Source: Schmidtea polychroa (taxonomy: Eukaryota). Taken from it: a stretch of 64,000 nucleotides of DNA. The DNA is taken from assembly GCA_044892525.1 (NCBI GenBank), contig CM097885.1, positions 37,574,001 through 37,638,000 on the forward strand, read 5' to 3'. Positions 24,653 to 36,393 of the stretch are shown piece by piece. Within the stretch, counting starts at the first letter, position 1. Each line of letters starts with the position of its first letter. The translations under genes and the position numbers were made by a program. The notes under the pieces were generated by a model. That model worked only from the letters and a program-made list of their open reading frames with translations. It did no database searches and was not told the DNA's origin.

Positions 24653-27600
24653 GCTTAATTCAACAACTCCTAAATAGTGCCCAAATGCGTAACTTATGTT
24701 TTTGCCTAGCCACGCGCGCTTATCATCATTATTACTTAGGGCAATTTTCGAATTTTTAAATGTAAAAAGTTGGTGATTTCTAGTACCTATTCTAGTCTGC
24801 GGTACAGAAATCACCTGATTTGAATTAAAGCAATTTAAATAGGACTCATGATTTATTGATGTTCCAGGTAATTTAACCCCCTTCGCTTTTACTGTTTCCT
24901 TACTACCTAAAAGACTATAACATTTATGGCGTAAGAAAACCCATTCAGAATAACCTAATCCCTTGCTCTCATCTTTAAACTTCCCGATGACAGAGTCAAG
25001 GTTCCTATTATACAAGGGGTGTGTTGGATCGTAATTTGACGTATCCAATAAATTATCCGAGATCATCTGAGGTAATAAAGTTGATAATTTTAAATTTTTT
25101 ATTTCCAGAAAGAAACTGTCGGTATCACCGGCAATAATATTTATAATACATTTATATTGTCGCCTGTACTTCTCCAAATCAATATATTGGAGCTGGTACA
25201 TCCGCAGTTTAGACAGATCTAGTACTGTTTGACCGATGTAGCTAGGTCTGTCTAAACAAATTGAATCTTTTTCCAAATGTGCCGCAATCAGATCGTTATC
25301 GATTCTTATAGACTTTCTGAAAGTCGGCTTTGAGGAGTATACTATCATCTTTTCGGATGAATTACACAACCTCAAATTCATTCGTTTTTTCAGATTTTCG
25401 ACGGATTTACCGTACAGACTGTTATTATACAATTTAAACAAGTCCCTATATATTTCGCTAGTAGACTGAGATCGTAAAGTGGTGTTGGTGTCTATGTACG
25501 ATTTAAAGATAGGTCCTTGTTTAAACTTTATACATCTATGAATATTTACAACCACCGCACCTAATTCTATATACAATTTGAGAAGCCTCCAATGAAGAAC
25601 TTAGTTCCTCTTTGGCCAATGCGTAAGCATAAGCTTCTCAACTTTTGAATTAGGCGGGCACAACTTTTCCGGCGCAAGCGGAAAATCATTCAAAAAGTCA
25701 TGCACACATTCCGGAATATCGATATCGACCTCCATAGTATACCCATATGGAAGGTTATCAATATCCGTGTTCATACATTCAAGTAAAACATCATTCAAAT
25801 TTTCATTCACCCAAGAAAAATCACCATACGGAAGATTTTGGCAAAGAGCCCAACCATACAGATTATTAATATCAATGTACAATAATTCTGTATCATCTGA
25901 AGTAGCCGTGTAATGTTTGTTAACAAATGTTAACCCACCCCGGATACCTCCCTCATAGAAATTATACATTTCCATGTCCTGCAAAAGTTCTATGGGTTCC
26001 GTTAATGTCATAAGCGCTGAGGCCCATGACATACCGGGAATCCCGTAGAAATTAAGAGGATCCAGACCATTGTAAGCAATTGCCTTACCGCGGAATTCCT
26101 GAAAATAGTCTGCGGGGAGGTATACGTCCAATTTTAGGTAGATTAACATATAATCTAACAAATTATTACAGTTATGCTGACTCCAAATTAGTTGAGCCTC
26201 AGCGTACTGATCTTCCGTAACATCAGACCAAATAGGAGGTAATTCTAAAGTCGATTCAAGAACATCCAAAGAAGTAGCAAAATCATATGGAAAGATACCT
26301 TTAGAGTAAATCATCGACCCTTGAAAGACTGACGAAGTTAACGGAAAAGTAGTTAATGTTTTCACAGCTTTTGCTAAAGAACAATTAACAAATTGCATGC
26401 TGTCAATAAAACGAACAGGCAATTTGTTAATATATGCAATTAAAAATATAAATTTTTCTGTAGGTAGGCATAATATTAAGTTCCCAAAGGGGAAAATCAC
26501 TGAGACCATGTTTTAAAATATGGTGGAGGTCATAGCCTCGTAAATTATGAAAGACAACAGGTAACAACTTATTAATCCTGCGAGAGACATTGCATTTCCT
26601 ACATGCCGCTCCGACATATCTACCTGTAAAATGGCAATGATCTCTCACAGGATTAATAATAGCTTTTTTACACAAGTGACAAATAGTGCTAGATCGAAAG
26701 GCACGCTCCTGAGCAAAAGACAAAGTAGACATACCTTTATGACCTTCAAGTTCATAATATGGCAGGACAATTGTGACAGCAATTTCCTCCACTTTCCTCA
26801 AAAAATCCAAAATACAATTATGTCCAAAAAAATAATAATAAAATTTAGTGTTTGTATAATTATTAATTAATAAAAGACCTGCTGATATGGATAAATGTAT
26901 TTGATGATATGTTTCATGTTCAGGTAAAACCGATTCAAAATCGGCATAAATTACGAAGGGAGGTGTAACGGTTTTTGCGTAATCTGTGAATAATAAATCC
27001 TTATTTTTAGGAAGTGTATACAAGGTTGTGCCAGTCTGATTTTTACAGCATAGAGCAACATGCTGATCGAAAGCATTCTTATATCTAAAGGCTTTTAAAC
27101 AATGTGGGCACCAGTTACACCTTATTTGAACATTAACATTTTCATTTAAATGGCAATTCATTAATTTGTCCAAGTCTGTCACGGCCGTATAATGATATTT
27201 ATCTTTATTACTCAAAAGTAATAAATAAATCGGCCTACCACCTATAACCTTGGAGCGATGTACAATATTAAGATGAGGGTGGTGAGCTACATAATCCTCA
27301 GAAATATCTAAATCAGAACTGGCTGGATTATAAGACAGAACGTTTATGCTTAAGTTTAAATCTGGATTTTTTCTTTCAAATTTAGGAATGTTACATAGCC
27401 TCATCGGGCAATCTGTGTCTTCATCATAATTTAATAGATGTAAAAATTCGTAATATTTGGCGGCTCTTTGGTGATTACGACCTATTTCTTCTCTTTTTAA
27501 AAGTGCAAGAATGCTATACAAGAAACACTTATGGTCGTTGTTTTTAACATTAATTATTGCGTGTTTTAATTTTAATGCAGATGGGGTTTTTATATAACTA

Positions 27601-28280
27601 TGTCCGGATAATCTACTAACGGGTGCGTATTTCGTAAAATAATATCTATCTCTAAAATATTCATTACTCGCCACCCGCTTCCTAAATAAGTGAATTGCTC
27701 AATCTTTTCATTTAATTTGCTCACCCCCTCGTTTATAAAGTTTGATGTAAAAACTTGCGCATTGTTTGAAAAATAATTATCCCGGATCTCCCCATCTTTT
27801 TCAAATTTAATTAAAATTGTAAATTGAATTTTTACATTGCCCATCTTTTCTATTTCCTCTATTAATCTTTCTTCAATTTTTGATGTTAGGGCTATTTTTA
27901 CTAAGTTTTGATTTCTTATGTCAAATTTTAATGTTTTTCGCGATCCGTTCAAATCGGATTCTACCATAGGTTCAAATAAAGAGCCGCCTATTTGACATAT
28001 GTTGAAAGACGTTGAAGCTACACATTCATCATTGATGACTATCACTTCTTGTTGTGTAGAGGGTGCTTGTTGTGTAAAGGGTGCTTGTTGTGTGAACGAT
28101 GTTGAAGCTACACATTCATCTTTGCTGATGACTATCACTTCAGGTCGCGATAATTTATTAGGAATATAATTTTTAATTAAACCAGCAGGTCTTTTAATTG
28201 AATCTTTTTTAATATTATTTATAGAATCTTTTTTAATAATATTTATAGTATCTTTTTTAATATCTTTTTTAATAACATCT
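24653..28280 (-). pseudogene. polB: pPolB of element B, broken by two frameshifts (near 27630 and 26470), a nonsense codon (25601) and the hAT insertion
   Basis: ORFs 27590-28138, 26427-27674, 25601-26509 and 24608-25576 carry, in order, GSGW, NVKNNDHKCF, YADFES, RDHCHFTG, FHNLRGYD, YIDINNLYG, KLYNNSLYGK, GDTDS, KAKGV, DDKR. The frame stays open upstream of 28138 to about 28280. Confidence 0.93.
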
Positions 28281-28748
28281 TTTTAATAATATTTTTTTGT
28301 AAATTTTTTTTATTTTTATTTATTTTTTTAAATAAAACATTTTTTGAAATCGAAAATTGCCCTAAGTGACTATGATGTATATTTTATTATTATATTATTA
28401 TTATATATTTTATTTTTTCGCTAGTCACGCATTTGGGGCATATAAAAAAGTTGAGTGAATTAAACTTTTTTCGGTAATATTTTTTCATCGTGCGATGACA
28501 TTTGTCGTTATGGCCAATTGATGATTGGCAGTAATTTGGGTATAGTCTACCTGTTAAATAAAAAAAATTAAAGTTTTATTCTTTTTCTATATTGAAATCT
28601 AATTGTTACATCTATAAGGATTTATCATCATTTGTTATTTAATTAAAATGAACTATATAACAAATGATTATAACTCCTTATAGAAAATAGGTAAATAGAG
28701 AATATGTTAAATATTAGAGAGATTTTAGTAGATGGGTCAGATTATTTA

Positions 28749-28807
<59 letters not shown>

Positions 28808-28902
28808 TAAAGAGAAGTAGCTGCATGCTCACTGCAGACTACTATGTAGCTACATGTTCACTGTAGACTACAGTAGAAGGGTCAGATTATTTATATTATT
28901 TA

Positions 28903-29101
<199 letters not shown>

Positions 29102-29527
29102 TTAACTATTGTAGATGCACATTGCAAACTACAAGGATTTATAACTATAATTTCGTAATCACTTTTTTAAATATTTTCATAATAATTTTTTAGAAACGTA
29201 GTATTTACTTCATATAATCATTTTCATCATAAATTCATAATTTTCGCCATATTTTCATCATTTTCATCATAAATCATTTTCATCATAAAATCATTTTCTT
29301 CAGAAGTTTCATTATATCATCATAAATCATTTTCATCATAATTTAGGTCATAAATCATTTTCATCATAAATTCATAATTTTTTTTTTGGCATATTTTCAT
29401 CATTTTCATCATAAAATCATTTTCTTCAAGAGTTTCATCATAATTTTTATCCAAATATTTAAAAAATTTTTATCAAAATATTTAAAAATGTTTTTATGAA
29501 AATATTTAAAAAAGTTATTACGAAATT

Positions 29528-30357
29528 TTAAATATATATAAAAAAAATATATAAAAATAAATAATTCTTACATTGGGATTCCATGTCGGAATCATCCTCA
29601 GACAGGATATTACCAATTTCACCATCATCGTCAGAGAGGACATTTCCAATAAAATCATCTCCAGATAGGACATTATTATTAATTTCACCATCATCTTCAG
29701 AGAGGACATTTCCAATAAAATCATCTTCAGATAGGACATTATTATTAATTTCACCATCATCTCCAGAGAGAACATTTCCAATAAAATCATCTTCAGATAG
29801 GACATTATTATTAATTTCACCATCATCTTCAGAGAGGACATTATTATTATTAATTTCATCTTCATCAATGTCAACATTGAAAACTGGGGCAATTGAAACA
29901 TTTTCTAAAATGAAAAATTAATTTAATAAAATAAAAAATAATAAAATTTACTTTTTTCTTTGAAAAATGGAGCATAATTAGGGGCATCACTTTGCCCAAG
30001 AAAAACGACATCATCGTCGTCGCTATTTAAAACATTTTCTAAATGAAAAATTAATTTAATAAAAATAAATTATAAATTTACCAAAGATCTTATTAGGGGC
30101 ATCCGTTTGCCCAATAAAGACGACATCGTCGTCACTATTTTCCTCATTTTCTGAAATGAAAAAATTAATTTAATAAAAAATTACAATAATAAATTTACCG
30201 AAGATCTTATCGACATTTAACATAGATTCGTCTTCAGTTACTTCATACCAATCGAATGGTTCTAAAAGAATAAAATAAAATAAAATCAAATATAATAAAA
30301 TAAATTACCCGTAGTCGTCAACAGATTTCTTAAAATGCGATTATTGGTGTTTTCCAT
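29528..30357 (-). CDS. Predicted 5-exon acidic protein (~214 aa) with SIM-like motifs
   Basis: Exons 30357-30309, 30261-30199, 30150-30082, 30038-29952, 29904-29528 joined by four phase-1 GT-AG introns of 43-48 nt, all keeping frame: MENTNN...EPFDWYEV...SDDDVVFIGQ...SDDDDVVFLGQ...then 8 x (V/I)LS(E/G/D)DD. The 3' end is uncertain (a GTAAG donor near 29571 is possible). Confidence 0.7.
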
Positions 30358-30749
30358 TTTAGTAAATTGTTTAGGATTTTTAAAATTTTAAAATAATTGT
30401 GACAAATTTTAGATTTGTCGATGTTTATAAAGAGAATGAATATTTTCCTGTCCCAGCCAATGAGAATATAGACACACACACATATGCACTGAATATTTTA
30501 CTCTCTCAACCAATCACACGCATGCATGTATGTAACGTAAATCACTCAGAAATTACATGTGACTGCCTTTGTTAGTCATGCCTTTGTTAACTTGCACTGT
30601 GCATGCCTCAGGCATAGGTAGTCTTTATGTTACAAATAATAATATTTATTTGAATAATAATAAAATTAATTAAAAATAATAATATTTTTCACAATAATAA
30701 TAATATTAATAATATTAATAATATTAATAATATTAATAATAATAATAAT

Positions 30750-30828
<79 letters not shown>

Positions 30829-30964
30829 TTAATAATAATATTAATAATAATATTAATAATAATAATAATATTAATAATAATAATAATAATATTAATAATA
30901 ACAATCACAGCAACAAAGGAAAGGATACATTTATTAAACATCAAATTTTATTAAACATTTTTCT

Positions 30965-31349
30965 TTAAACATCAAATTTTTTGTACAATAACCAAGCTAA
31001 ACAATGTTGACCACATGTTTGGGTCAATGGATTTTGAAACATAGTTTTATTATACACAATAGGTTTCCCCATTGTTTGTAGTTTTGATATCAACAAAGCC
31101 GGGTAATAAAAACCCATAGGATCGAACACGAATATATTACCAGGTTTCATATATATAGCTATCCAATGTTCTCCACCAAGATGCGACGATTGAGTATTGA
31201 CGATTATTGCTTGATTATTGCTCAAATATGGAATTTTATCAAGAGGAAAAACTCCAACAAATTCATTTCCCAATATCTGTTTTCCGATTTTATTGACCTG
31301 AACAGAACTACTTAAATAAATTCAGAGTATAAAAAACAACTTACTCCAT
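30965..31349 (-). CDS. Adenain-like cysteine maturation protease
   Basis: GEHWIA, FDPMG, Q..TQTCGQHC (H-D-C triad). Likely start ATG at 31349 with a 34-37 nt intron (GTAAGT donor at 31344), since ORF 30965-31273 has no ATG start. Confidence 0.88.
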
Positions 31350-31376
31350 GATAACCTTTTGTGTTTCAATATACAT

Positions 31377-32593
31377 TTATACCAACACAGTTCTATTTGC
31401 AGTAATTTGAACTTCATTTTCAAATACTCCATATATTATAACATGTACTGGTTCAGTAATAGCTTTTGCAAACTTTATATCCAGTCGTAAATTTCCATTT
31501 TGAGGTAATTGACTTTGATTTAAATCAAAATCAGTGGCTAAAACAAATGTAAAAAATGGGTATTTGCTTTTAAAATCTTCTAGAGTTATTCCGCAATTCA
31601 AATTTTTATCTAAATAACCCAGATTTCTAACAATACTCTGCATATATGTCGCACAGTAATTGTCATTCTCGAAATCTTGAATATATGTTTCTCTATAATC
31701 AGTATTTTTCGACAAAGTCAATGATGTAACATTAAAGTTTTTGAAAATTGAGCTGGATGCAGTATATGATCCATTATATTGTGCTTCACTTTGAAATGTT
31801 ATCAGAATAAAATTAGGCATTCTTCACCAAAATATTTGTTCTTTATAGAATGATGAAGCACCTTTAGCAATAGCAAATTGTACAATTTCCTATGTTTTTA
31901 ATGGATAAATTGCATGTTTTGAATTAAGACCCAATTGATGACCTGCTAATACTGAGGGGTCTACTCGAACTCTTCTCACCAATAATTTTGCATCAACTAA
32001 TTGACATATTGGTGTAGTAGTTGCACTAGTAAGAGATAATGCAGAATCAGACCTTTTCAGTCTAATATGTACATTAACTCCCGGTAGTAAATATTTCGGT
32101 TGATCCATAAAATCAAGTTGTAATGATGAGCACATGGTGAAAACCTTTGAGCCTTTTACCCTCTTTTTTCTTTCATCATCACTGCCATAACCCATAGGAG
32201 TAAGACATGTATTTTTAGTATCGGAATTGTAATTTAAAATAGTTTCTATTAATGCCTTGTGAATGAATGTATTATTTCCGCCCTCAATCTTGATATTATT
32301 AAATCCCAACACTGCATCTTTAAAAAGAGTATGAAACAGGAAATTGTTCGGTATTACATCTGCATTGGCATCCAAAACTTTTCTATCTTTATCTACAACC
32401 TTAATCTGAACAGTCAATAAAGTATCGTTCAAATCTAAATATTGGGTTTGCGAACCATTAATATAAAACTCGATATCATTTCTACTATCGGTAATTGAAT
32501 TCATAGGAAAAACTTCCTCAAATGCCCCAAATTCTATTACAGCCTGGGGCGCGGTCTATCAAATATACATAATTCAGATTTACCACAAATCAT
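31377..32593 (-). pseudogene. Major capsid protein (double jelly-roll), disrupted
   Basis: Starts MICGKSELCIFD; frameshift near 32553; IEFYINGS..YLDLNDTLL, QPKYLLPGV, HAIYP; stop at 31890; frameshift near 31825; C-terminal FDL..GNLRLDIKFA typical of Polinton MCP. Confidence 0.85.
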
Positions 32594-32964
32594 TTTGCAA
32601 ATATAGTTCCATGTCCTTTCATTCGTTTGTGTATACGTGATATTCCATGTCTTTTACGTTTTGGAGCATGAGCTGGAGCTGGAGATGGAGGTTTTTCTTT
32701 TTGAAACATACCTGCAACCCCGGGTAAAACTTTCCTTAATTCTGCTAAAGCATTTGTTTTTAGAGATGGTAATATTTTCTGTTCATTCATAATAACATCT
32801 TTTGCAGTTTTCATACCAAAACTACCAATACGTTTAAGAATAGGCAGGGCAAATCTACCAATTGTTCTCAACCATCCTGATCCGTACTGTTTACCAATAA
32901 AATATGGTAATTCACCACCAGATTGGCTACCACTATACATACTAATAATATCAGAATTAGCCAT
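32590..32964 (-). CDS. Small virion/core-type Polinton protein with QSGG/QYGSG motifs and basic tail
   Basis: Lies between mCP and MCP; Gly-Gly motifs are possible protease sites; KRKRH basic patch. Confidence 0.65.
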   Translation of the reverse strand: MANSDIISMYSGSQSGGELPYFIGKQYGSGWLRTIGRFALPILKRIGSFGMKTAKDVIMNEQKILPSLKTNALAELRKVLPGVAGMFQKEKPPSPAPAHAPKRKRHGISRIHKRMKGHGTIFAK

Positions 32965-34024
32965 TTATTTTACGAAAATGTAATGTCAAATGAGTTTTTG
33001 AACCTTTTGGAAATTCGATTAATTGACCAAAATCATCTCTTATATTTATTTCTATATTGTTTATACAAGATGTTGAAACAGGTAGATACATGGGATTTTC
33101 TACATTGATTTGTACAACTTCATCTTGATCATGTTTTTCAATCCATATAGATTTCATTAAAGGAACACTAGAATCACCAACAATAACCGGTTCCACGATA
33201 TTACTGTAAATGAACATTTGCTGATGATGTTTAAGGATTTTCGGTTTGTTTGTTCCTTCACAAATTTGTTCATTTTGTGTACATACTGGTTTAGTCAATC
33301 CTAATGTTTTTGTCAAATTTGAGTCAAATTTAACTTGAATAAGATTAGAATTTATACTAAATCTAAATACTTTATCTTTTTGAAGCTCAAAAACCGTTAA
33401 AATATCGCTACAATTCTCACCTAAATAAGATTGTATTTGTTCGAGGTCTGTAATATATAAGTTATCTTTAAAAGTATATGCATGCTCTGTTATTTCAAAG
33501 TATGATAGCTTAAATTTGAATTCCACTAAATTATTAGTTTTTGGAAGTGTAGAGAGATTTATTTTAACTGTATCATTAAATACATTACGTAAATCAGTAA
33601 ATCCAAGACGTTTAGCATCAGCCACTGTAGAAAATATAATTTCGAATGACTTATTCAAGCAATTCATGTATAAATATTGACCATCATCATAAATTATAGG
33701 TTTCCTTGATTTCGATGAACTCGTCAAGTTATAACTATCTTTATCGATAAGAACACTAATATATTCCGTTACTGCTACTTTCTTATTATATTCAATAACT
33801 GATTTGCTATAGATTGGGAATAAATTGTATACAAATGTAAAATCCAACAGAGCAACTTCCCAGTCATTATCCAAATAGATAGGGTTTTGGAGTTCGATGA
33901 TGAATTTGCTTGCTTGATTTTCTGGATGAATTAATGGACAACTATTGCTCGGCAAAATAGTATAAAAATTCACTTTACTAGGTCTTTTGCTGATATCCAT
34001 GACGGGTTTCGATAACCATACCAT
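32957..34024 (-). CDS. Minor capsid (penton-like) protein
   Basis: N-terminal FYTILPSNS..N.AS.F..L..PI.L..WEVAL and C-terminal FIYSNIVEP.IVGD..YLPV..IEINIRD..G..I.F..LHF, typical of Polinton mCP. Confidence 0.85.
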   Translation of the reverse strand: MVWLSKPVMDISKRPSKVNFYTILPSNSCPLIHPENQASKFIIELQNPIYLDNDWEVALLDFTFVYNLFPIYSKSVIEYNKKVAVTEYISVLIDKDSYNLTSSSKSRKPIIYDDGQYLYMNCLNKSFEIIFSTVADAKRLGFTDLRNVFNDTVKINLSTLPKTNNLVEFKFKLSYFEITEHAYTFKDNLYITDLEQIQSYLGENCSDILTVFELQKDKVFRFSINSNLIQVKFDSNLTKTLGLTKPVCTQNEQICEGTNKPKILKHHQQMFIYSNIVEPVIVGDSSVPLMKSIWIEKHDQDEVVQINVENPMYLPVSTSCINNIEINIRDDFGQLIEFPKGSKTHLTLHFRKING

Positions 34025-34602
34025 TTGACATAGTATTGTTTATCCTTACCGACCTTTTTAGTTTTCAATATTTTTTGAATTCTAAATACTTTTGGGGGAG
34101 GAATGACTTGTAATTCCTGCTCATAAAATTTCCCTTGTACAATATTATTATCATTGTCTTTGATGACATACATTACAGGATTCTGTTTAGTATTTATTTT
34201 TGAAATTACAAAGACTTCATCACTCCAATTTGTATCAAAATTTTTAATAAATGATGATGCACTAATTTTACTAATTCTAACATGGTCACCGACTTTATAT
34301 TTAGGTTTTGCAATTTTTACAGATTTCTTAGAAGTCAATGATGTTTTTGATGTAATATCAACCGGTCTCAAGCCATTCAGTCCTCGACGTGATGAATGAT
34401 TATAACTTTTTATTATTTTCGGTAAAGCATTTACCCATTTTTTATTACCTTGATGCACGAACAATTTCTTTAATCTATCTCTCAATGTTCGATTAAATCT
34501 TTCAACATGGGCAGCTTTGTATTGAGAATGTACCGAGTAGTGATTTATTTTCAGTTTATCGAGGATTTGCTTAACTTTACTATTGTAGAATTCTTTACCT
34601 AA

Positions 34603-34667
<65 letters not shown>

Positions 34668-35055
34668 CTAAATCTGTTTGCAAGTTATTAGGATGTCCAT
34701 CTTTAAATAAAATATTAATTGCCTTGGACATTTCTTCTGCAGATTTTGCCTTGACTGGTATTGCTCGTGCAAACCTGCTGTATACATTAATACATGTTAA
34801 AATATATTTATTCCCATTGTTAATTTTCGAATAAGCTATCATCTCCATCAAATCCATTTGCCATAAATCATTTATTCCATATGTTTTATATACTCTTGTT
34901 GGGAATCGTTTCTGCATTGGTTTGTTCAAACTGTACGCAAGCTGGTCTGATAACCACTTCTGGGTTTCCTTTTTCGAATTCGGAACTCTTTTGTTTAATT
35001 TTGCCACTCCACCGAAACCGGCTTCGTCTTCTGGGTTCGTCCAAATCTTCTCCAT
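33970..35055 (-). CDS. Retroviral-like (rve) integrase with C-terminal chromodomain; one intron 34599-34667
   Basis: WQMDL, LQTDLG/KEF, KAAHVERFNRTL (D-D-E) and chromodomain FRIQKIL..YYVKWYGY..SWI. The poly-Ile run corresponds to GT(ATT)n..TTTTAG. Confidence 0.92.
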
Positions 35056-35113
35056 TACAACAAGAAGATTTAAAATTAAATTTTATGTCGGGCAATGAAG
35101 GATTAGCACCCAT
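34886..35113 (-). CDS. Small putatively myristoylated protein overlapping the integrase 5' end
   Basis: ATG 4 nt after the upstream stop; MGANPS fits MGxxxS; SSCC and RRRSR motifs. Confidence 0.5.
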   Translation of the reverse strand: MGANPSLPDIKFNFKSSCCNGEDLDEPRRRSRFRWSGKIKQKSSEFEKGNPEVVIRPACVQFEQTNAETIPNKSI

Positions 35114-35116
35114 TGT

Positions 35117-35407
35117 TTATGATTGATTTCCTACAACTCCACCTAATAATGATAATGCCAGAGGTATCAATGCACCAATAAATCCACCTTGTTGTTTATA
35201 TATAATTTTCCTCATTTGCTTACGATTTTTATTATTTACTAAAGATAACAATGGTTTCCTATGTTTGCTCAATAAATGCTTTTTTGATTTACTGATTTTA
35301 ATTTTGCCTTTGACTACTTTAAGTATAATATTGAGTAAATCATCGACAACAAAATTTTGGAATGATTGCAATATATTCATTCTTTTCATACTCGGGGCCT
35401 TTAACAA
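35117..35407 (-). CDS. Small basic protein with C-terminal QGGFIGALIPLALSLLGG (adenovirus pX/mu-like motif)
   Basis: Basic body, GG-F possible protease site, then hydrophobic tail; sits in the structural module. Confidence 0.65.
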   Translation of the reverse strand: MLKAPSMKRMNILQSFQNFVVDDLLNIILKVVKGKIKISKSKKHLLSKHRKPLLSLVNNKNRKQMRKIIYKQQGGFIGALIPLALSLLGGVVGNQS

Positions 35408-35649
35408 TGCATTAAAAATGGAAAACTGCGATGATTTTTAACTACTTTTTTACTGGTTTTACGGGTTTTACGGGTTTTACGTTTAGGTTTTGGATTTTTC
35501 GAAATAAGATTCATTGCAGAGAAATTTTCAGTTACAAGTTTTTTAGATGGTGTATAACTAGTTGTTGGTGGAACCTTTGGAACTTTAATAGTCTTTCTAA
35601 TACCTTTTCTTAATTTCTTAATATTTTTCACCCTTGCTTTTAGAAACAT
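35401..35649 (-). CDS. Small Lys/Arg-rich protein, possible DNA-condensing protein
   Basis: ATG-initiated, tightly packed between the ATPase and the GGF protein; RKTRKTRKT repeats. Confidence 0.55.
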   Translation of the reverse strand: MFLKARVKNIKKLRKGIRKTIKVPKVPPTTSYTPSKKLVTENFSAMNLISKNPKPKRKTRKTRKTSKKVVKNHRSFPFLMHC

Positions 35650-35667
35650 TATTATTCATAGAGGTTT

Positions 35668-36294
35668 TCAACTTTGTTTATAAACCATGGCACCTTTTGG
35701 GTTGAAAATATCTGTTTTTACTCGTAAATCATCGGGACATTGTTGTGTGAAATCAAGAAATATATATCCATGAGGTATTTTTGTTGCATCTTGAAATGCA
35801 CTGATAAGAAAATTACGATTGTTAGGGTATGCTTGGCGTGCAAGAAAATCAATCACTGTTACATCTCTAGGATTCTTGAAAATGACTAAATATTGTACAT
35901 TTAAATTACGTGTTCGATGTGCCCCACCTTGATGAAATAGATTTTGTGTTATGAAAATAACTGTTACACCGACATGTCTGCTGATCTTTGTAAATAAATT
36001 ATTAAAATCTTTTTCTTTATTTGCTTCTTGATACAAATCATCGATAATAATGACATCACCTTTCTTTAATCGGCTGGACCAGTTTTTATCGAATCCCTTT
36101 ACTATTTTCATGTTTTTTAATTTACAGAAACTTGATTGAGTTAATCCATGTTCTTCATCAGCACCCCTATGCCAATAAATCCTGTTGAATTTTGATTTGA
36201 ATAAATTTGATTTTAGTAATTTACAAACAAATAATGTTTTTCCAATACCACTCGGACCAACGATTTGGTATACTGCATCATTTCTTAATTCCAT
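35668..36294 (-). CDS. A32/FtsK-like genome packaging ATPase
   Basis: Walker A GPSGIGKT, Walker B IIIDD, SRH, ITQNLF, FKNPRD. Confidence 0.92.
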   Translation of the reverse strand: MELRNDAVYQIVGPSGIGKTLFVCKLLKSNLFKSKFNRIYWHRGADEEHGLTQSSFCKLKNMKIVKGFDKNWSSRLKKGDVIIIDDLYQEANKEKDFNNLFTKISRHVGVTVIFITQNLFHQGGAHRTRNLNVQYLVIFKNPRDVTVIDFLARQAYPNNRNFLISAFQDATKIPHGYIFLDFTQQCPDDLRVKTDIFNPKGAMVYKQS

Positions 36295-36393
36295 TTCAAA
36301 AATTTTATATACGTGTATTTGTTTATATTCAATGATTTAATGAACTCGTGCTCAATTTGTATATAAAGACTAATTTTCATAAATGATTTAATA

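Noticed and set aside
28415..28555. Cys-containing minus-strand exon-like segment (YCQ..KCH..CPKC)
   Set aside because: Has a plausible splice acceptor, but I could not find an in-frame start exon.
29518..29921. ORFs 29518-29901 (-) and 29583-29921 (+)
   Set aside because: Alternative-frame and antisense readings of the repetitive exon 5 of the spliced acidic gene.
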